This document shows, in pieces, positions 8,889 to 20,308 of a DNA stretch of 64,000 nt. Source of the stretch: Desulfuromonadales bacterium (lineage in GTDB: Bacteria; Desulfobacterota; Desulfuromonadia; Desulfuromonadales; SZUA-540); the NCBI GenBank assembly GCA_033549025.1, contig JAWSUS010000003.1, positions 96,001-160,000 on the forward strand. Reading direction: 5' to 3'. The position numbers were made by a program, and so were the translations under genes. Within the stretch, counting starts at the first letter, position 1; each line of letters begins with the position of its first letter. The notes below the pieces were generated by a model. The model was given only the letters and a program-made list of their open reading frames with translations. It made no database searches and was not told where the DNA came from.

Positions 8889-10475
8889 TCAATTGTGCTC
8901 GCGGGTTTTATGGAAATTCACGCCGGGCCACTGCTCGATGGTGTGCCCCAGGCGCCATTCGCTTGAAGCCAGAAAGGTCAGATTGCCTTCAGCGTCAAGG
9001 GCCAGGCTGGCCTGGTTCTTCTTCTCAAAATCAGCCAGCATTTTCCGATCATCGCAACCTATCCAGCGGGCCGTGGCATAGTCAATGCCTTCATAGAGGG
9101 CATCCACGCCGTATTCGGCTTTGAGGCGGGACATGATGACGTCAAACTGCAGCACCCCGACTGCACCCAGAATGTAATCGCTGTTGATGAGGGGCCGAAA
9201 AAGCTGCACGGCCCCTTCTTCGGCCAGCTGGATAAGCCCCTTTTCCAGCTGTTTGGTTTTCAGAGGATTTTTCAAACGGACGCGGCGAAAATGCTCGGGC
9301 GCAAAACTGGGAATCCCTGTAAATTTTAGGGGCTCCTTGGTCGTGAAGGTATCGCCGATCTTGATCGTCCCATGGTTATGAATGCCGATGATATCACCAG
9401 GAAAGGCCTCTTCGACATGGGTACGGTCCTGGGCCATGAAGATGGTAGCGTTGGCGATGGGAACATCCTTGCCGATGCGGTGGTGCCTGACCTTCATGCC
9501 TCGGGTGAATTTGCCCGAACAGATCCGGAAGAAAGCGATGCGGTCGCGGTGAGCCGGGTCCATATTGGCCTGGATTTTAAAGACGAAACCGGAGAACTCT
9601 TCCTCATAGGGAGAGACCTCCCGCGTCATGGTCGGACGGGGTCGGGGGGCCGGAGCCAATTCCACAAAAGTATCGAGCATCTCCTGAACACCGAAGTTGT
9701 TGATGGCGCTGCCGAAAAAGACGGGCGTCTGATTGCCCTTCAGATATTCATCAAGCTCGAAGGGGTTAGCGGCACCTTCCAGCAATTCGATATCCATGCG
9801 CAGTTCATCCGCCTGGCTCCCCAGCAGCTCGTCAAGACGAGGATCTGCAAGGTCTTCAAACAGAAGCCCGTCCTGCTCTTTCGTCTCCTTGCCGGGGCTG
9901 AAAAGTAAGAGTTGCTTACGATACAGGTTGTAGGTACCCCGAAACCTTTTGCCCATGCCGATGGGCCAGCTCATGGGAGCGCATTCGATCTGCAGTGTCT
10001 CTTCAATATCGGAGAGAAGCTCCAGGGGTTCTCTCCCTTCGCGGTCGAGTTTATTAATGAAGGTCATAATGGGAGTATTGCGCATGCGGCAGACTTCCAT
10101 CAGCTTCTTGGTCTGGGTCTCAACCCCCTTGGCACTGTCAATGACCATAAGAGCGCTGTCGACGGCCGTCAGCACCCGATAGGTATCCTCGGAGAAATCC
10201 TGGTGACCGGGCGTATCAAGCAGATTGACTTCATAATCGCGGTAATTGAACTTCATCACCGAGGAAGTAACAGAGATGCCGCGCTCCTGCTCCATGGCCA
10301 TCCAGTCACTGGTCGCATGGCGAGCGGCCTTGCGCGCCTTGACAGCCCCTGCCATCTGAATGGCGCCGCCGAAAAGGAGGAGCTTTTCGGTCAGGGTTGT
10401 TTTGCCGGCGTCCGGGTGGCTGATGATTCCGAAGGTACGGCGTCTGTTGACCTCTTTCTGATTAAACTTTTTCAC
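8889..10475 (-). CDS. prfC: Peptide chain release factor 3
   Basis: [44 protein letters not shown] start 10475 gives 528 aa. Confidence 0.97.
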   Translation of the reverse strand: MKKFNQKEVNRRRTFGIISHPDAGKTTLTEKLLLFGGAIQMAGAVKARKAARHATSDWMAMEQERGISVTSSVMKFNYRDYEVNLLDTPGHQDFSEDTYRVLTAVDSALMVIDSAKGVETQTKKLMEVCRMRNTPIMTFINKLDREGREPLELLSDIEETLQIECAPMSWPIGMGKRFRGTYNLYRKQLLLFSPGKETKEQDGLLFEDLADPRLDELLGSQADELRMDIELLEGAANPFELDEYLKGNQTPVFFGSAINNFGVQEMLDTFVELAPAPRPRPTMTREVSPYEEEFSGFVFKIQANMDPAHRDRIAFFRICSGKFTRGMKVRHHRIGKDVPIANATIFMAQDRTHVEEAFPGDIIGIHNHGTIKIGDTFTTKEPLKFTGIPSFAPEHFRRVRLKNPLKTKQLEKGLIQLAEEGAVQLFRPLINSDYILGAVGVLQFDVIMSRLKAEYGVDALYEGIDYATARWIGCDDRKMLADFEKKNQASLALDAEGNLTFLASSEWRLGHTIEQWPGVNFHKTREHN

Positions 10476-10626
10476 AATACCTTTAAACCTCTTTTCATAT
10501 GTTCCTATAGACAAAAAAATCGGGCCTGCTGGCCCGCGTACAATCGGCATCATACCGCAATGGTAAAAAGCGGTCAACGACCACCTTCTTTCTTTTACAG
10601 CCACAAAAGCGCTAAAAATCAGCCGC

Positions 10627-10669
10627 AAAAAACAAGAAGGCCGGAGAATCTCTCTCCGGCCTTCTTGTT
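10627..10669 (-). terminator. Strong terminator of the small Cys-rich gene
   Basis: Perfect 17-bp inverted repeat AACAAGAAGGCCGGAGA/TCTCCGGCCTTCTTGTT with T run on the minus strand. Confidence 0.8.
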
Positions 10670-10685
10670 CGATATGGATTAGGGA

Positions 10686-10841
10686 CTATCCTATAAAGTG
10701 ATTGTGGTTGCGAGCCCGATTGGCCAATATGGCCGGGTCGATTACTTCACCACAGGCACAGCACTTCCAGGCATCAAATGAACGAACAAAGTCATAAAAC
10801 TTCTCAGCGTACATCCTGCCTTTGCATTTTGGACATTTCAT
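10686..10841 (-). CDS. 51-aa zinc-ribbon-like small protein (CxxC...CxxC)
   Basis: AAGGGGGA SD, ATG 10841; MKCPKCKGRM...WKCCACGEVID; followed by its own terminator. Confidence 0.8.
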   Translation of the reverse strand: MKCPKCKGRMYAEKFYDFVRSFDAWKCCACGEVIDPAILANRARNHNHFIG

Positions 10842-11014
10842 GATTATTCCCCCTTCTGCAATTCCATAGGATGCTTTCTTACCTTCAAACCGTATGGCAA
10901 AACCTATTACACAAGCCATGCCATACCGTGAAGCTATCCAGAAAAACGTTATCGCGCTCAGTGGGACAAAACAGATTTGCACCTATTTTATAAGGGGTTA
11001 CACCAAAAAAGAAG

Positions 11015-11572
11015 TTATTCAAAAAAAGGTTTCCAGCTTTCGATACGCTTTGACCCTATTCCTTTTACCCTCTGCAATGTTTCTAGGGAGCCAAAGTCGC
11101 CATTTTTTTGACGCTCCATTTCAATTCTTTCAGCAAGTTTGGGGCCGATCCCCGGCAGAACAGCCCAATCCGCCAGAGACATGCGGTCAGGGTGCAGGGG
11201 GATGGAAAGGGCGATCCGTTGGGAAGCAGGCAACCAGCCCCTTGACAAAGTGGCTTTTTCTGCATGTGAAGAGGATATTGAGAGAAGTTCGCCGCTAACA
11301 AGCGGCTTATCTCCCCCTTGGCAGACCGGGGCTTGAGCCTCCTCCGGCAAAAACGTCAACGAAATGACGTCGGCAGGGGAGCTATCGTCACTAATTTGAC
11401 GAATTCCTCGTTGTGGAAATCCCTCGCCCAACCCGATCACAATTCCCCTTTCGGGCAAAACGAAAAAAGCCGGCGGATTTTCCTCACGGAAAACCTGCCG
11501 GCTCAGCATACAAACAGCAAACAGCAGAAGCAGCGTGCAGCCTAAAGTCAGCCCAGGGGGAGACGTCCGCAC
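11015..11572 (-). CDS. ComEA-like helix-hairpin-helix membrane-anchored protein
   Basis: N-terminal TM; LPGIGPKLAERI...GDFGSLETLQRVKGIGSK. Confidence 0.8.
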   Translation of the reverse strand: MRTSPPGLTLGCTLLLLFAVCMLSRQVFREENPPAFFVLPERGIVIGLGEGFPQRGIRQISDDSSPADVISLTFLPEEAQAPVCQGGDKPLVSGELLSISSSHAEKATLSRGWLPASQRIALSIPLHPDRMSLADWAVLPGIGPKLAERIEMERQKNGDFGSLETLQRVKGIGSKRIESWKPFFE

Positions 11573-11582
11573 GCCTAAGACC

Positions 11583-13148
11583 TTACTGATCTTTTATCAG
11601 CTTATAGAGCAGGGCATCGATAAGGGCGTGATACGAAGCGTCAATAATATTATCACTGACGCCGACGGTTCCCCAACGGCCCAACTTGTCCCCGGACTCG
11701 ATCAGGACGCGCGTGATAGAGGCCGTCCCCTTACCCGTCGGAAGCACTCGCACCTTGTAATCCAGGAGCTTCATCTCCTTGATTTGAGGATAAAAGCTTT
11801 CCAAGGCCTTGCGCAGCGCATTATCCAGCGCGTTCACGGGGCCATTGCCTTCAGCGGCAGTGTGTTCGATCTTGCCCCCCACCTTGACCTGGACAGTCGC
11901 TTCCGACAGAGGTTTTTCATCCTCATGCCGTTTTGTATCGATAACCCGAAAACCGATAACGGAGAAATAATGGCGCAGATTGCCGAGGGCTTTGCGCATG
12001 AGAAGTTCAAAGGAGGCTTCGGCGCCTTCGAACTGATAGCCCTTGTTCTCCATTTCCTTCAGGTTTTCGAGAATTTCAAGGGTAACCGGATCTTTGCTGT
12101 CGAGGTTGATGTTGAACTCTTCCGCCTTGGCAAGAATATTGGAGCGCCCGGAGAGATCAGAGACCAGCACCCGGGTGACGTTTCCAACCTTTTCGGGCCG
12201 GATATGTTCATAGGTTTCCGGATGGCGCTGGATCGCTGACACGTGCACCCCGCCCTTGTGAGCAAAGGCCGAGTTCCCCACATAGGGTTGGTGCTTGTTG
12301 GGCACCACGTTGGCCAGCTCATAAATGTAACGGGAGAGAGGACGCAACCGGCTCAACTGTTCATCGGAAACGCATTCCTTATCCATCTTCAGGCGCAGGG
12401 CCGGAATGATGGAGCAAAGGTTGGCGTTGCCGCACCGCTCGCCAAAACCGTTGATCGTCCCCTGCACATGGACAATGCCATGCTCTACGGCCACCAGTGA
12501 ATTGGCCACGGCACATTCACTGTCGTTGTGGGTGTGAATCCCCAGGGGGGTCTTGACGGTTTTTTTCACCGCCGCAATAATCTCGGGCAGCTGATGGGGG
12601 AGAGTGCCGCCATTGGTGTCGCACAAGACAATGCAATCCACGCCGGCCTCTTCGGCCGCCTTGAGGGTCTTCAGGGCGTATTCAGGGTTGGCGCGATAAC
12701 CGTCAAAAAAATGCTCGGCGTCGTAAAAGACTTCGCCGACATTCTTCTTGAGATACTCCAGCGAGTCAAAGATGAGCTCGAGATTCTCCTCCAGGCTGAT
12801 ACGCAGCGCTTCCCGCACATGAAAATCCCAGGTCTTGCCGAAAATCGTCACGACATCCGGCTCGGCCTGAACCAGAGTGCGGATATTGTTGTCTTTGTCA
12901 GGCGTGGTCTTGGCACGACGGGTCGAACCAAAAGCGGCGATTTTCGCCTGCTGCAGACGAACCTTTTTCACATCCTTGAAAAAGGCGATATCCTTGGGAT
13001 TGGAGCCAGGCCAGCCGCCCTCAATGTAGTGAATCCCCAACTCGTCCAGCTTTTGGGCAATATGGATTTTGTCCGCAACCAGAAACGAGACGTCCTCAGC
13101 CTGGGTACCGTCGCGCAGCGTCGTGTCGTAGAGTTGAATCAAACTCAT
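11583..13148 (-). CDS. cimA: Citramalate synthase (LeuA/CimA family)
   Basis: [52 protein letters not shown]. Confidence 0.9.
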   Translation of the reverse strand: MSLIQLYDTTLRDGTQAEDVSFLVADKIHIAQKLDELGIHYIEGGWPGSNPKDIAFFKDVKKVRLQQAKIAAFGSTRRAKTTPDKDNNIRTLVQAEPDVVTIFGKTWDFHVREALRISLEENLELIFDSLEYLKKNVGEVFYDAEHFFDGYRANPEYALKTLKAAEEAGVDCIVLCDTNGGTLPHQLPEIIAAVKKTVKTPLGIHTHNDSECAVANSLVAVEHGIVHVQGTINGFGERCGNANLCSIIPALRLKMDKECVSDEQLSRLRPLSRYIYELANVVPNKHQPYVGNSAFAHKGGVHVSAIQRHPETYEHIRPEKVGNVTRVLVSDLSGRSNILAKAEEFNINLDSKDPVTLEILENLKEMENKGYQFEGAEASFELLMRKALGNLRHYFSVIGFRVIDTKRHEDEKPLSEATVQVKVGGKIEHTAAEGNGPVNALDNALRKALESFYPQIKEMKLLDYKVRVLPTGKGTASITRVLIESGDKLGRWGTVGVSDNIIDASYHALIDALLYKLIKDQ

Positions 13149-13192
13149 CAAAGACCTTCCTCTATTTTTGTAGCGCCGAAAAACTGCCGTTA

Positions 13193-14425
13193 TTATTCTG
13201 CCTTGACGTCCTTTTTGGACAGGTCAAAAGCCTCGTGCAGCACACGAACAGCCAGCTCGGTGTACTTCTCGTCGATGACACAGGACACCTTGATCTCGCT
13301 GGTGGAGATCATCTGGATGTTGATGCCCTCCTGGGAGAGCGTCTGGAACATTTTGCTGGCGACGCCCGAATGGGAGCGCATGCCGACCCCGACGATGGAT
13401 ACCTTGGCGATATTCTCGTCCTGCAGCACACCACCGGCCCCGATGTCCTTGGCGGTCTCCTGGACGATCTTCAGAGCTTTTTTGAAATCCGCCCTGGGCA
13501 CGGTAAAGGTCATGTCCGTGTACCCCTCGTTGGAGACGTTCTGGATAATCACATCCACCGTGATCCCCGCATGGCTCAAAGGGGAGAAAAGCTGCGAAGC
13601 GATACCGGGCTTGTCAGGTACGCGCATCACCGAAATTTTTGCTTCATCCTTGTTATAGGTAATACCTGAAACCAGCACGGATTCCATATCTGCATCCTCC
13701 TTCATCACCAGCGTGCCTGGATTATCGTTGAAACTGGAACGAACATGCACAATCACCCCATACTTTTTGGCGAATTCCACCGAACGGATCTGCAGAACCT
13801 TGGCGCCGAGGGAGGCCATCTCGAGCATTTCGTCATAGGAAACCTTCTCGATTTTAGACGCACTTGGCACAATCCGCGGATCGGTGGTATAGACGCCATC
13901 CACATCCGTGTAGATTTCGCAAACGTCTGCCTTGAGTGCGGCAGCCACCGCAACGGCGGAAGTATCCGAGCCCCCGCGCCCCAGAGTGGTCACGTTCCCT
14001 TCTCTGTCCGTGCCCTGGAAGCCGGCGACTACGATAATGGACCCATTCTTGAGATCTTCCCGGATCTTTTTATCGTCAATTTTCTCGATGCGCGCCTTGG
14101 AAAAAACGCTGTCGGTAATGATTGGGATCTGGTGCCCCATGTAGCTCTTGGCCTTGTAGCCCATGGATTGCAGACACATGGACAACAGAGCGATGGTCAC
14201 CTGTTCTCCGGTAGAGACCAGAACGTCATACTCGCGCTCGCTGGGAAATTCACACATTTCGTTGGCCAAGGCGACCAACTTGTTGGTTTCTCCGGACATG
14301 GCCGACACAACCACGATGACGTCGTTTCCATCATCGTAAGTCTTGGCCACGCGGCGCGCCACATTGCGGATTCTATCGATGGTTCCAACAGAGGTCCCAC
14401 CGTACTTCTGTACTACGAGGGCCAT
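13193..14425 (-). CDS. lysC: Aspartate kinase
   Basis: [28 protein letters not shown], two ACT domains; AAGGAGG SD before ATG 14425. Confidence 0.96.
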   Translation of the reverse strand: MALVVQKYGGTSVGTIDRIRNVARRVAKTYDDGNDVIVVVSAMSGETNKLVALANEMCEFPSEREYDVLVSTGEQVTIALLSMCLQSMGYKAKSYMGHQIPIITDSVFSKARIEKIDDKKIREDLKNGSIIVVAGFQGTDREGNVTTLGRGGSDTSAVAVAAALKADVCEIYTDVDGVYTTDPRIVPSASKIEKVSYDEMLEMASLGAKVLQIRSVEFAKKYGVIVHVRSSFNDNPGTLVMKEDADMESVLVSGITYNKDEAKISVMRVPDKPGIASQLFSPLSHAGITVDVIIQNVSNEGYTDMTFTVPRADFKKALKIVQETAKDIGAGGVLQDENIAKVSIVGVGMRSHSGVASKMFQTLSQEGINIQMISTSEIKVSCVIDEKYTELAVRVLHEAFDLSKKDVKAE

Positions 14426-14444
14426 AGGATCCTGTCCTCCTTCT

Positions 14445-14626
14445 AAAAAAAGCGGCCACAATGGTCGCTGATAAATTATCCTTCAAGGGCCTGAACAAAA
14501 CAACCGCCGTCGCACATGGGCCAGCTCGCCTACCGATCCAACATAAAAGCGTTCTAAAACCCGGGGAGGCTCGTCATCTGCCCAACGGGGTGAGCGCCAC
14601 TCTATGCCGGCAGTCCCCATGCGACG
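14445..14626 (-). promoter_or_regulatory. Candidate structured leader of lysC with terminator-like hairpin
   Basis: Nested complementary segments on the minus strand plus AGCGACCA-TTG-TGGCCGCT followed by a T run just before the SD; folded by eye only. Confidence 0.35.
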
Positions 14627-14646
14627 TCAACAAAGTTACCTTCTTA

Positions 14647-15135
14647 TCAAGATTTTCCAGCGCGGTCAAAACATTTTTCCAGCGCGGTGAGCAGTTCGCC
14701 CGACGCGGTCGTCTCACCCCGGAATTCCACACAGCGAGCCTCGTTTTCCTCATATTCAATGTGGACACGCAGCCCTTCGATGTTCAATTCCGGAAAGCGG
14801 TCGGCCCATTCAACCACCACGATGCCATCCCCCTGCAGATAATCATCGAAATCGATATCAACGAGATCGTCCTGGTGATTCAGTCGATACAAATCAAAAT
14901 GGTAAAGGGGAAGCCGGCCGCCATACTGGTTCATGAGGGTGTAGGTTGGACTGGTAACGGGTTCGGCTTCGGGGACGCCAAGACCGCGCGCAATACCCTG
15001 GGTGAAGCAGGTTTTTCCCGCGCCCAGATCTCCCGACAGCAGAATGACCAGCGGCCCGTCGAGCAAACGACCAAGCTGGACGCCCAGTTGCTGCGTCTCG
15101 GCAGGAGACAGGGTCTTCACAGACCAACGCGGCAT
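14647..15135 (-). CDS. tsaE: t6A biosynthesis ATPase TsaE
   Basis: GDLGAGKT, VTSPTYTL, YHFDLYRL, VEW. Confidence 0.95.
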   Translation of the reverse strand: MPRWSVKTLSPAETQQLGVQLGRLLDGPLVILLSGDLGAGKTCFTQGIARGLGVPEAEPVTSPTYTLMNQYGGRLPLYHFDLYRLNHQDDLVDIDFDDYLQGDGIVVVEWADRFPELNIEGLRVHIEYEENEARCVEFRGETTASGELLTALEKCFDRAGKS

Positions 15136-15138
15136 ATT

Positions 15139-15588
15139 TCAGCGTCCCATACTGCGGATGACGTCGAGACGGGCCACGACACCGACGAGCTTGCCCTCAT
15201 CGACAACCGGGAGAAGGTGGACCTTTTTCTCAGTCATGACGGAGGCAATTTCAGAGACGCTGGTCTCCGGCGTACAGGCCTCGACATCCGGAGTATAGAT
15301 CTCCCCCACCGTACGGGCGGTGATTTTTTGCACTTCTTCGCGAAAATCCTTTTCACTCTCCAGATAGAGCACCCAGTCGAAGATAGAGATGACGGTTGGA
15401 ATGTGCAGGGGACGATCCTGTTCAACCAGATCGGTTTGGGTCACCAGACCGAGCAGGACGCCCTCCTCATCGACCACGGGCATGGCATTGACTTTCGTTT
15501 CGACAAAGAGTCTGGCCAGGTCTTCCACCGTGGTGGCGGGTGTTACAGTATGAACATTGGTCGTCATGATATCTTTAGCGTGCAGCAT
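15139..15588 (-). CDS. Stand-alone CBS-pair domain protein
   Basis: AKDIMT...MPVVDEEG.LLGLVT.TD and LLPVVDEGKLVGVVARLD. Confidence 0.9.
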   Translation of the reverse strand: MLHAKDIMTTNVHTVTPATTVEDLARLFVETKVNAMPVVDEEGVLLGLVTQTDLVEQDRPLHIPTVISIFDWVLYLESEKDFREEVQKITARTVGEIYTPDVEACTPETSVSEIASVMTEKKVHLLPVVDEGKLVGVVARLDVIRSMGR

Positions 15589-15597
15589 GAGATCTCC

Positions 15598-17142
15598 TTA
15601 GGTCAGAAGTTGGTGACGCGTCAAAGGCAGTTGTCGCAGTAGGTCGGTGGCGGTCAGGCCGGCGTTACCCAAAACCTGGCCCAGGTCGTCAGCGGCGCGC
15701 CCATGCCAGAAAGCCCCGAGGACGGCGGCGTTAAACGGAGACAATCCCTGGGCAATCAGGCCGGCAATGAGGCCCGTCAACACATCGCCCATGCCGCCCG
15801 TAGCGAGACCGGGGTTCCCCGTACTGTTTACAAACAGATCTCCCTCCGGAGAGGCGATGACGGTCCGGGCGCCTTTGAGCACCAGAGCCACGCCGTATTT
15901 TTTGGCAAAATCGCCGGCAAAACTGACCCGGCCCGCTTCAATCTCGCCCACAGACACCCCGGTCAGCCGCGCCATCTCGCCCGGATGAGGAGTCAGGACG
16001 GTTGTTCCGGCAGAACGGGCAGACAGCAGGTCTTTTTGATCACACAGAGCATTGATACCGTCTGCGTCAATCACCAGAGGGAGCGGGCAATCCCGGACGA
16101 TGCAGCCAGCCAGGGCCGCCGCTCCTTCAGACAAACCCAGGCCGGGGCCGAGGGCAAGCACCTGCTTGTGCTGCCACAGTCGCTTGATATCGTCATAGGC
16201 CCGCAGGTCAAGGGAGCCGGCGGCATCCGGCAGCGAAACCGTCATCGCCTCGGTGAGCTTGGTCTCGAGGATGTCGTGAATGCTAGCGGGACAGCCGACC
16301 GTTACCAGCCCGGCGCCGGATCGTAGAGCGCCCTCGGCGGTCATGGCCGCCGCGCCGGACTTTCCTCTGGACCCGCCCACGACCACCAGATGCCCGAAGG
16401 TCCCTTTATGGCCGGCGAAGGGGCGAGCCGGAAAAAGCGCGGCAGCTTCAGCGGCCTCAACAAAGACAACACCTTCCTCGCTGTCGATCACCTTGGGGGG
16501 AATGCCGATGTCGACAACATGCAACCGACCGGTATGTTCACACCCCGGCGCCAGAATCTGTCCTATCTTGCCGACGGCAAAGGTCACCGTCTCTTCGGCC
16601 TTTACCGCTGTGCCCAGCACGCGACCGCTGGTTGCGTCTATCCCCGAAGGGATATCGACGGAAAAAACCGGGAGCCTACTGTGATTGATCCAGTCGATGG
16701 CTCGGGCATAGTGCCCGCGAACCGGGGAAGACAAACCGGTTCCGAACAGGGCATCAATTACCACACGAGCGTTCACCCTCTCCAGGGCCTGGCTGAGGGA
16801 TGTATCATCGGGACAGAAGGCGATAGTTCCGCCGCAGGCCGTTAACGCCCGCAGATTGACGGCCGCATCTCCGCCAACGGCTTTTTCTTCCGCGAGAACC
16901 AGAGTGATGACCTGCCAGCCGCGGTTATGCAGATGACGGGCCATGACGTACCCGTCGCCGCCGTTGTTTCCCTTGCCGGCCAGCACCACGACCGCCCCGG
17001 GAAAAACAGCCCGAAAATGGGTACAAAACAGTTCGGTGGCAGCTACCCCGGCGTTTTCCATGAGAACGAGGCCGGAGATGCCCATCTCTTCAATGGTCTG
17101 GCGGTCAAATTCTCTCACCTGGTCGGCACGATACAGTTTCAT
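15598..17142 (-). CDS. nnr: Bifunctional NAD(P)HX epimerase/dehydratase (YjeF)
   Basis: LMENAG, GKGNNGGDG, DALFGTG, DIPSG, HKGTFG, TPHPGE, LATGGMGDVL. Confidence 0.95.
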   Translation of the reverse strand: MKLYRADQVREFDRQTIEEMGISGLVLMENAGVAATELFCTHFRAVFPGAVVVLAGKGNNGGDGYVMARHLHNRGWQVITLVLAEEKAVGGDAAVNLRALTACGGTIAFCPDDTSLSQALERVNARVVIDALFGTGLSSPVRGHYARAIDWINHSRLPVFSVDIPSGIDATSGRVLGTAVKAEETVTFAVGKIGQILAPGCEHTGRLHVVDIGIPPKVIDSEEGVVFVEAAEAAALFPARPFAGHKGTFGHLVVVGGSRGKSGAAAMTAEGALRSGAGLVTVGCPASIHDILETKLTEAMTVSLPDAAGSLDLRAYDDIKRLWQHKQVLALGPGLGLSEGAAALAGCIVRDCPLPLVIDADGINALCDQKDLLSARSAGTTVLTPHPGEMARLTGVSVGEIEAGRVSFAGDFAKKYGVALVLKGARTVIASPEGDLFVNSTGNPGLATGGMGDVLTGLIAGLIAQGLSPFNAAVLGAFWHGRAADDLGQVLGNAGLTATDLLRQLPLTRHQLLT

Positions 17143-17522
17143 CGTTTCTCCAGTATAACCGTGGCCAGCGCATAATCACCGTCATGGCTGTAGGAAAGAT
17201 GCAGGGCAGACAGGCCTCTCGCCTGAAAAATTTCGGCTGCTCGCCCTTGAAGCCGCATGGACGGCTTGCCAAGCTCGTCTCTTTCAACGGACATATCCTG
17301 CCAGGAAATGCCTTCACGGAGGCCGAGGCCGAGGGCCTTGAGAAAAGCCTCCTTGGCGGCAAAACGAGCGGCCAGATGGGAGGAAGGATCCTTCATGGCA
17401 AAAGCATAATTCCTTTCGTCCGCCGTAAAGATCCGGTCGACAACGCCAGTTTTCCCCTCCCGCACAAAGCGGCGAAAACGCTCTATCCGAGCCAGGTCTG
17501 TACCTACGCCGGCAATGCCCAA
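17139..17522 (-). CDS. acpS: Holo-ACP synthase
   Basis: GVGTDL, AARFAAKEAFLKALG, LSYSHD. Confidence 0.95.
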   Translation of the reverse strand: MGIAGVGTDLARIERFRRFVREGKTGVVDRIFTADERNYAFAMKDPSSHLAARFAAKEAFLKALGLGLREGISWQDMSVERDELGKPSMRLQGRAAEIFQARGLSALHLSYSHDGDYALATVILEKR

Positions 17523-17526
17523 AGAC

Positions 17527-18246
17527 TCAGCCCCCCTTGACCAAGGCGACCATCTCGCGAACCGCGCGTTCCATGCCGACCAGAACCGCCCTGGAAACGA
17601 TACTGTGCCCGATATTGAATTCTTCTATCCCCCCAAGGGCGACCACTTCGCGGATATTCCGATAATCAAGACCGTGACCGGCGTTGACCCCAAGTCCCAG
17701 CTTCCGTGCGGCCCTGATAGCCTGTTCGATCTTCTGCAGCTCCTTCTGGCGATCTTCCGGCAGTCGGGCTTCACAATAGGTTCCCGTATGAATCTCAATA
17801 TACTGGGCACCGACACGATGGGCCATTTTGATCTGCTCGAGATCGGGATCAACAAAAAGACTGACGATGATGCCCCCCTGGCGCAACAATCCCGTCTGTT
17901 TCTGCACAAGATGACGGTTCATGCAGACATCGAGCCCGCCTTCCGTGGTGAGTTCTTCCCGTTTTTCCGGGACGAGGGTCACCATGTCGGGCAGGACCTT
18001 AAGGGCGATGGCCACCATTTCGTCGGTAGCAGCCATTTCCAGATTGAGGCGCGTCTTCACGGTTTTGCGCAGAACCTCAACGTCCCGGTCCTGAATATGG
18101 CGCCGATCTTCCCGCAGGTGGACGGTAATGCCCTCAGCACCGGCCAGTTCCGCCAACCCGGCTGCCATGACCGGGTCAGGTTCGGCAGTTCCCCGCGCCT
18201 GGCGCACAGTGGCCACATGATCGACATTGACACCCAGCTTAGCCAC
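17527..18246 (-). CDS. pdxJ: Pyridoxine 5'-phosphate synthase
   Basis: [40 protein letters not shown]. Confidence 0.97.
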   Translation of the reverse strand: MAKLGVNVDHVATVRQARGTAEPDPVMAAGLAELAGAEGITVHLREDRRHIQDRDVEVLRKTVKTRLNLEMAATDEMVAIALKVLPDMVTLVPEKREELTTEGGLDVCMNRHLVQKQTGLLRQGGIIVSLFVDPDLEQIKMAHRVGAQYIEIHTGTYCEARLPEDRQKELQKIEQAIRAARKLGLGVNAGHGLDYRNIREVVALGGIEEFNIGHSIVSRAVLVGMERAVREMVALVKGG

Positions 18247-18247
18247 C

Positions 18248-19621
18248 CTATGCCTCCTTGTTCCGGCCGCTGCCGAGATGTTTTTCGATCATAGCCGCAA
18301 TCTCCTGGGCGTAACCGGTAATCTCCACCTTGTCCTGGCCTTCCAGCATAACGCGCAACAGCGGTTCCGTACCACTGTAGCGAATGAGTACCCGCCCGGT
18401 GTCACCCAATTTTTCTTCCACCGCCGCGATGGTTTTCCGAATATCGGCGATATCGTTGATATCCTTTTTCTCCGCCACCCGGACGTTGAGTAATACCTGC
18501 GGCAGAGCGATCATGACTTTTGCCAAATCCGCCAGAGAACGTCCGCTGCGTTGCATGATGGCCAGCACCTGCAGGGCGGAAACCATGCCATCCCCCGTCG
18601 TGTTGTGATCAAGAAAGATCATATGCCCGGATTGTTCGCCGCCGAGGTTGTAGCCATGCTGGCGCATTTCTTCTACCACGTAGCGGTCACCGACGGCCGT
18701 TTTGACGACCCTGCCTCCCGCCTTGCGAAGAGCGATATCCAGGCCCATATTGCTCATGACTGTCGCGACCAGGGTGTTGTGGGCGAGCCGGCCCTCGGCC
18801 AGCATCTGGGTGGCGCAGATAGCCATGATGTGGTCACCATCGACCTCGTGGCCGAATTCATCGACAAAAATAACGCGATCGGCATCGCCATCAAGGGCAA
18901 TGCCCAGATGGGCGCGGTGTTCCTTGACCTTGTCCGACAGAATCTCCGGGTGCAGGGAGCCGCAGCCGGCATTGATGTTGGTGCCGTTAGGCGAAACACC
19001 GATAGAGATCACCTCGGCGCCCAACTCCTCCAGCACGGCGGGAGCCACCTTGTAAGCGGCGCCGTTGGCGCAGTCCAGCACAATTTTCAGGCCGCTCAGA
19101 TCCATATCCCCCGGAAAGGAGTTTTTCAGAAAAACGATATAGCGCCCCTGGGCATCATCGATGCGGAACGCTTTGCCAACTTCGGCAGCGGTCGGCCGCA
19201 AGGAGTCGATTTTTTGGCTAAAAATGAGATCTTCAATTTTCAGTTCCACTTCGTCGGGCAACTTGAAGCCGTCCCGTGAAAAGAACTTGATCCCGTTATC
19301 CTGGTAAGGATTATGGGAGGCAGATATCACCACGCCGGCATCAGCACGCATGGACTTGGCGATAAAAGCGATCCCCGGAGTCGGCAACGGGCCGACCAGC
19401 AGGACATCGACCCCCATGGAACATATTCCGGCCGACAGGGCATTTTCAATCATGTAGCCGGACAGACGCGTATCCTTGCCGATAACGATACGGTGGCGGC
19501 GATTATCCTTCTTAAAGATGTAGGCAGCGGCCCGGCCGAGTTGCATGGCCATCTCCGTGGTCATCGGATAGACATTGGCCACACCGCGAACGCCATCGGT
19601 GCCAAACAGTTTTTTGCTCAT
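18248..19621 (-). CDS. glmM: Phosphoglucosamine mutase
   Basis: [44 protein letters not shown]. Confidence 0.97.
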   Translation of the reverse strand: MSKKLFGTDGVRGVANVYPMTTEMAMQLGRAAAYIFKKDNRRHRIVIGKDTRLSGYMIENALSAGICSMGVDVLLVGPLPTPGIAFIAKSMRADAGVVISASHNPYQDNGIKFFSRDGFKLPDEVELKIEDLIFSQKIDSLRPTAAEVGKAFRIDDAQGRYIVFLKNSFPGDMDLSGLKIVLDCANGAAYKVAPAVLEELGAEVISIGVSPNGTNINAGCGSLHPEILSDKVKEHRAHLGIALDGDADRVIFVDEFGHEVDGDHIMAICATQMLAEGRLAHNTLVATVMSNMGLDIALRKAGGRVVKTAVGDRYVVEEMRQHGYNLGGEQSGHMIFLDHNTTGDGMVSALQVLAIMQRSGRSLADLAKVMIALPQVLLNVRVAEKKDINDIADIRKTIAAVEEKLGDTGRVLIRYSGTEPLLRVMLEGQDKVEITGYAQEIAAMIEKHLGSGRNKEA

Positions 19622-20301
19622 TCCTGCGCTTTCCTTTCCTCCAGTTTCTGAACGCCGGGTTGCGGTTCTACCACCACAAGCACCTCGGCTGATTTCTTGT
19701 CTTTGAGTTCGGTATATTTGCCGCGATAGTTGATGGGCACCATCAGGGTAAAGCTTTCCCTCACCCCCTCCACATCCACGGGCTCGGTGGAGACCTCTGC
19801 CACATCCTTGAGTTCGCTTTCGGACCCCTCGACATCGACCTTGTCTGGTGTGGCTCTAACGGACTTGACCACAAAGCCCTCGGCGGGCTGCCCAGAAATA
19901 ACAGGCTGGACCGGCACCGCCTTGCTGCGAATACGTTCAAGTTTGACATCGACAAAAGAAGGAGACAGCCGGGTCACCTTGAGGGCACTGGGGATATTGA
20001 GCCTCTCTTCCAAGCGCTTAAAGGAGGTCAAACCCGGCTGAAGATCCTTGAGATCGACCGAGATACTGATATCGCTGGGGCTCAGGTTCATGAGAAGAGT
20101 ACGGGGTCCGCTGATCCGCACGTCGACCAGACTGGGCACCTCGTTGGCAACCATCAACCCCCGGGGGGTATTCTTGAGCTCCAGGGGCACGGCATAGCCC
20201 AGTTCCAGCTTCTGCTCGCCCATGACAAAAAACCACAGGACCAGAGCAAAAGAAAGCGAAAGAAGCTTGAGAAGCCAGTTTTCCATCAGTTTGGCGAACA
20301 T
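19618..20301 (-). CDS. cdaR: CdaR/YbbR-like regulator of diadenylate cyclase
   Basis: N-terminal TM ([19 protein letters not shown]) then YbbR-like beta repeats; lies between cdaA and glmM. Confidence 0.85.
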   Translation of the reverse strand: MFAKLMENWLLKLLSLSFALVLWFFVMGEQKLELGYAVPLELKNTPRGLMVANEVPSLVDVRISGPRTLLMNLSPSDISISVDLKDLQPGLTSFKRLEERLNIPSALKVTRLSPSFVDVKLERIRSKAVPVQPVISGQPAEGFVVKSVRATPDKVDVEGSESELKDVAEVSTEPVDVEGVRESFTLMVPINYRGKYTELKDKKSAEVLVVVEPQPGVQKLEERKAQE

Positions 20302-20308
20302 GATGCCA

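Noticed and set aside
14426..14640. Lysine or ZTP riboswitch, or 6S RNA, upstream of lysC
   Set aside because: I could not match their conserved motifs by eye; reported only as an unclassified candidate
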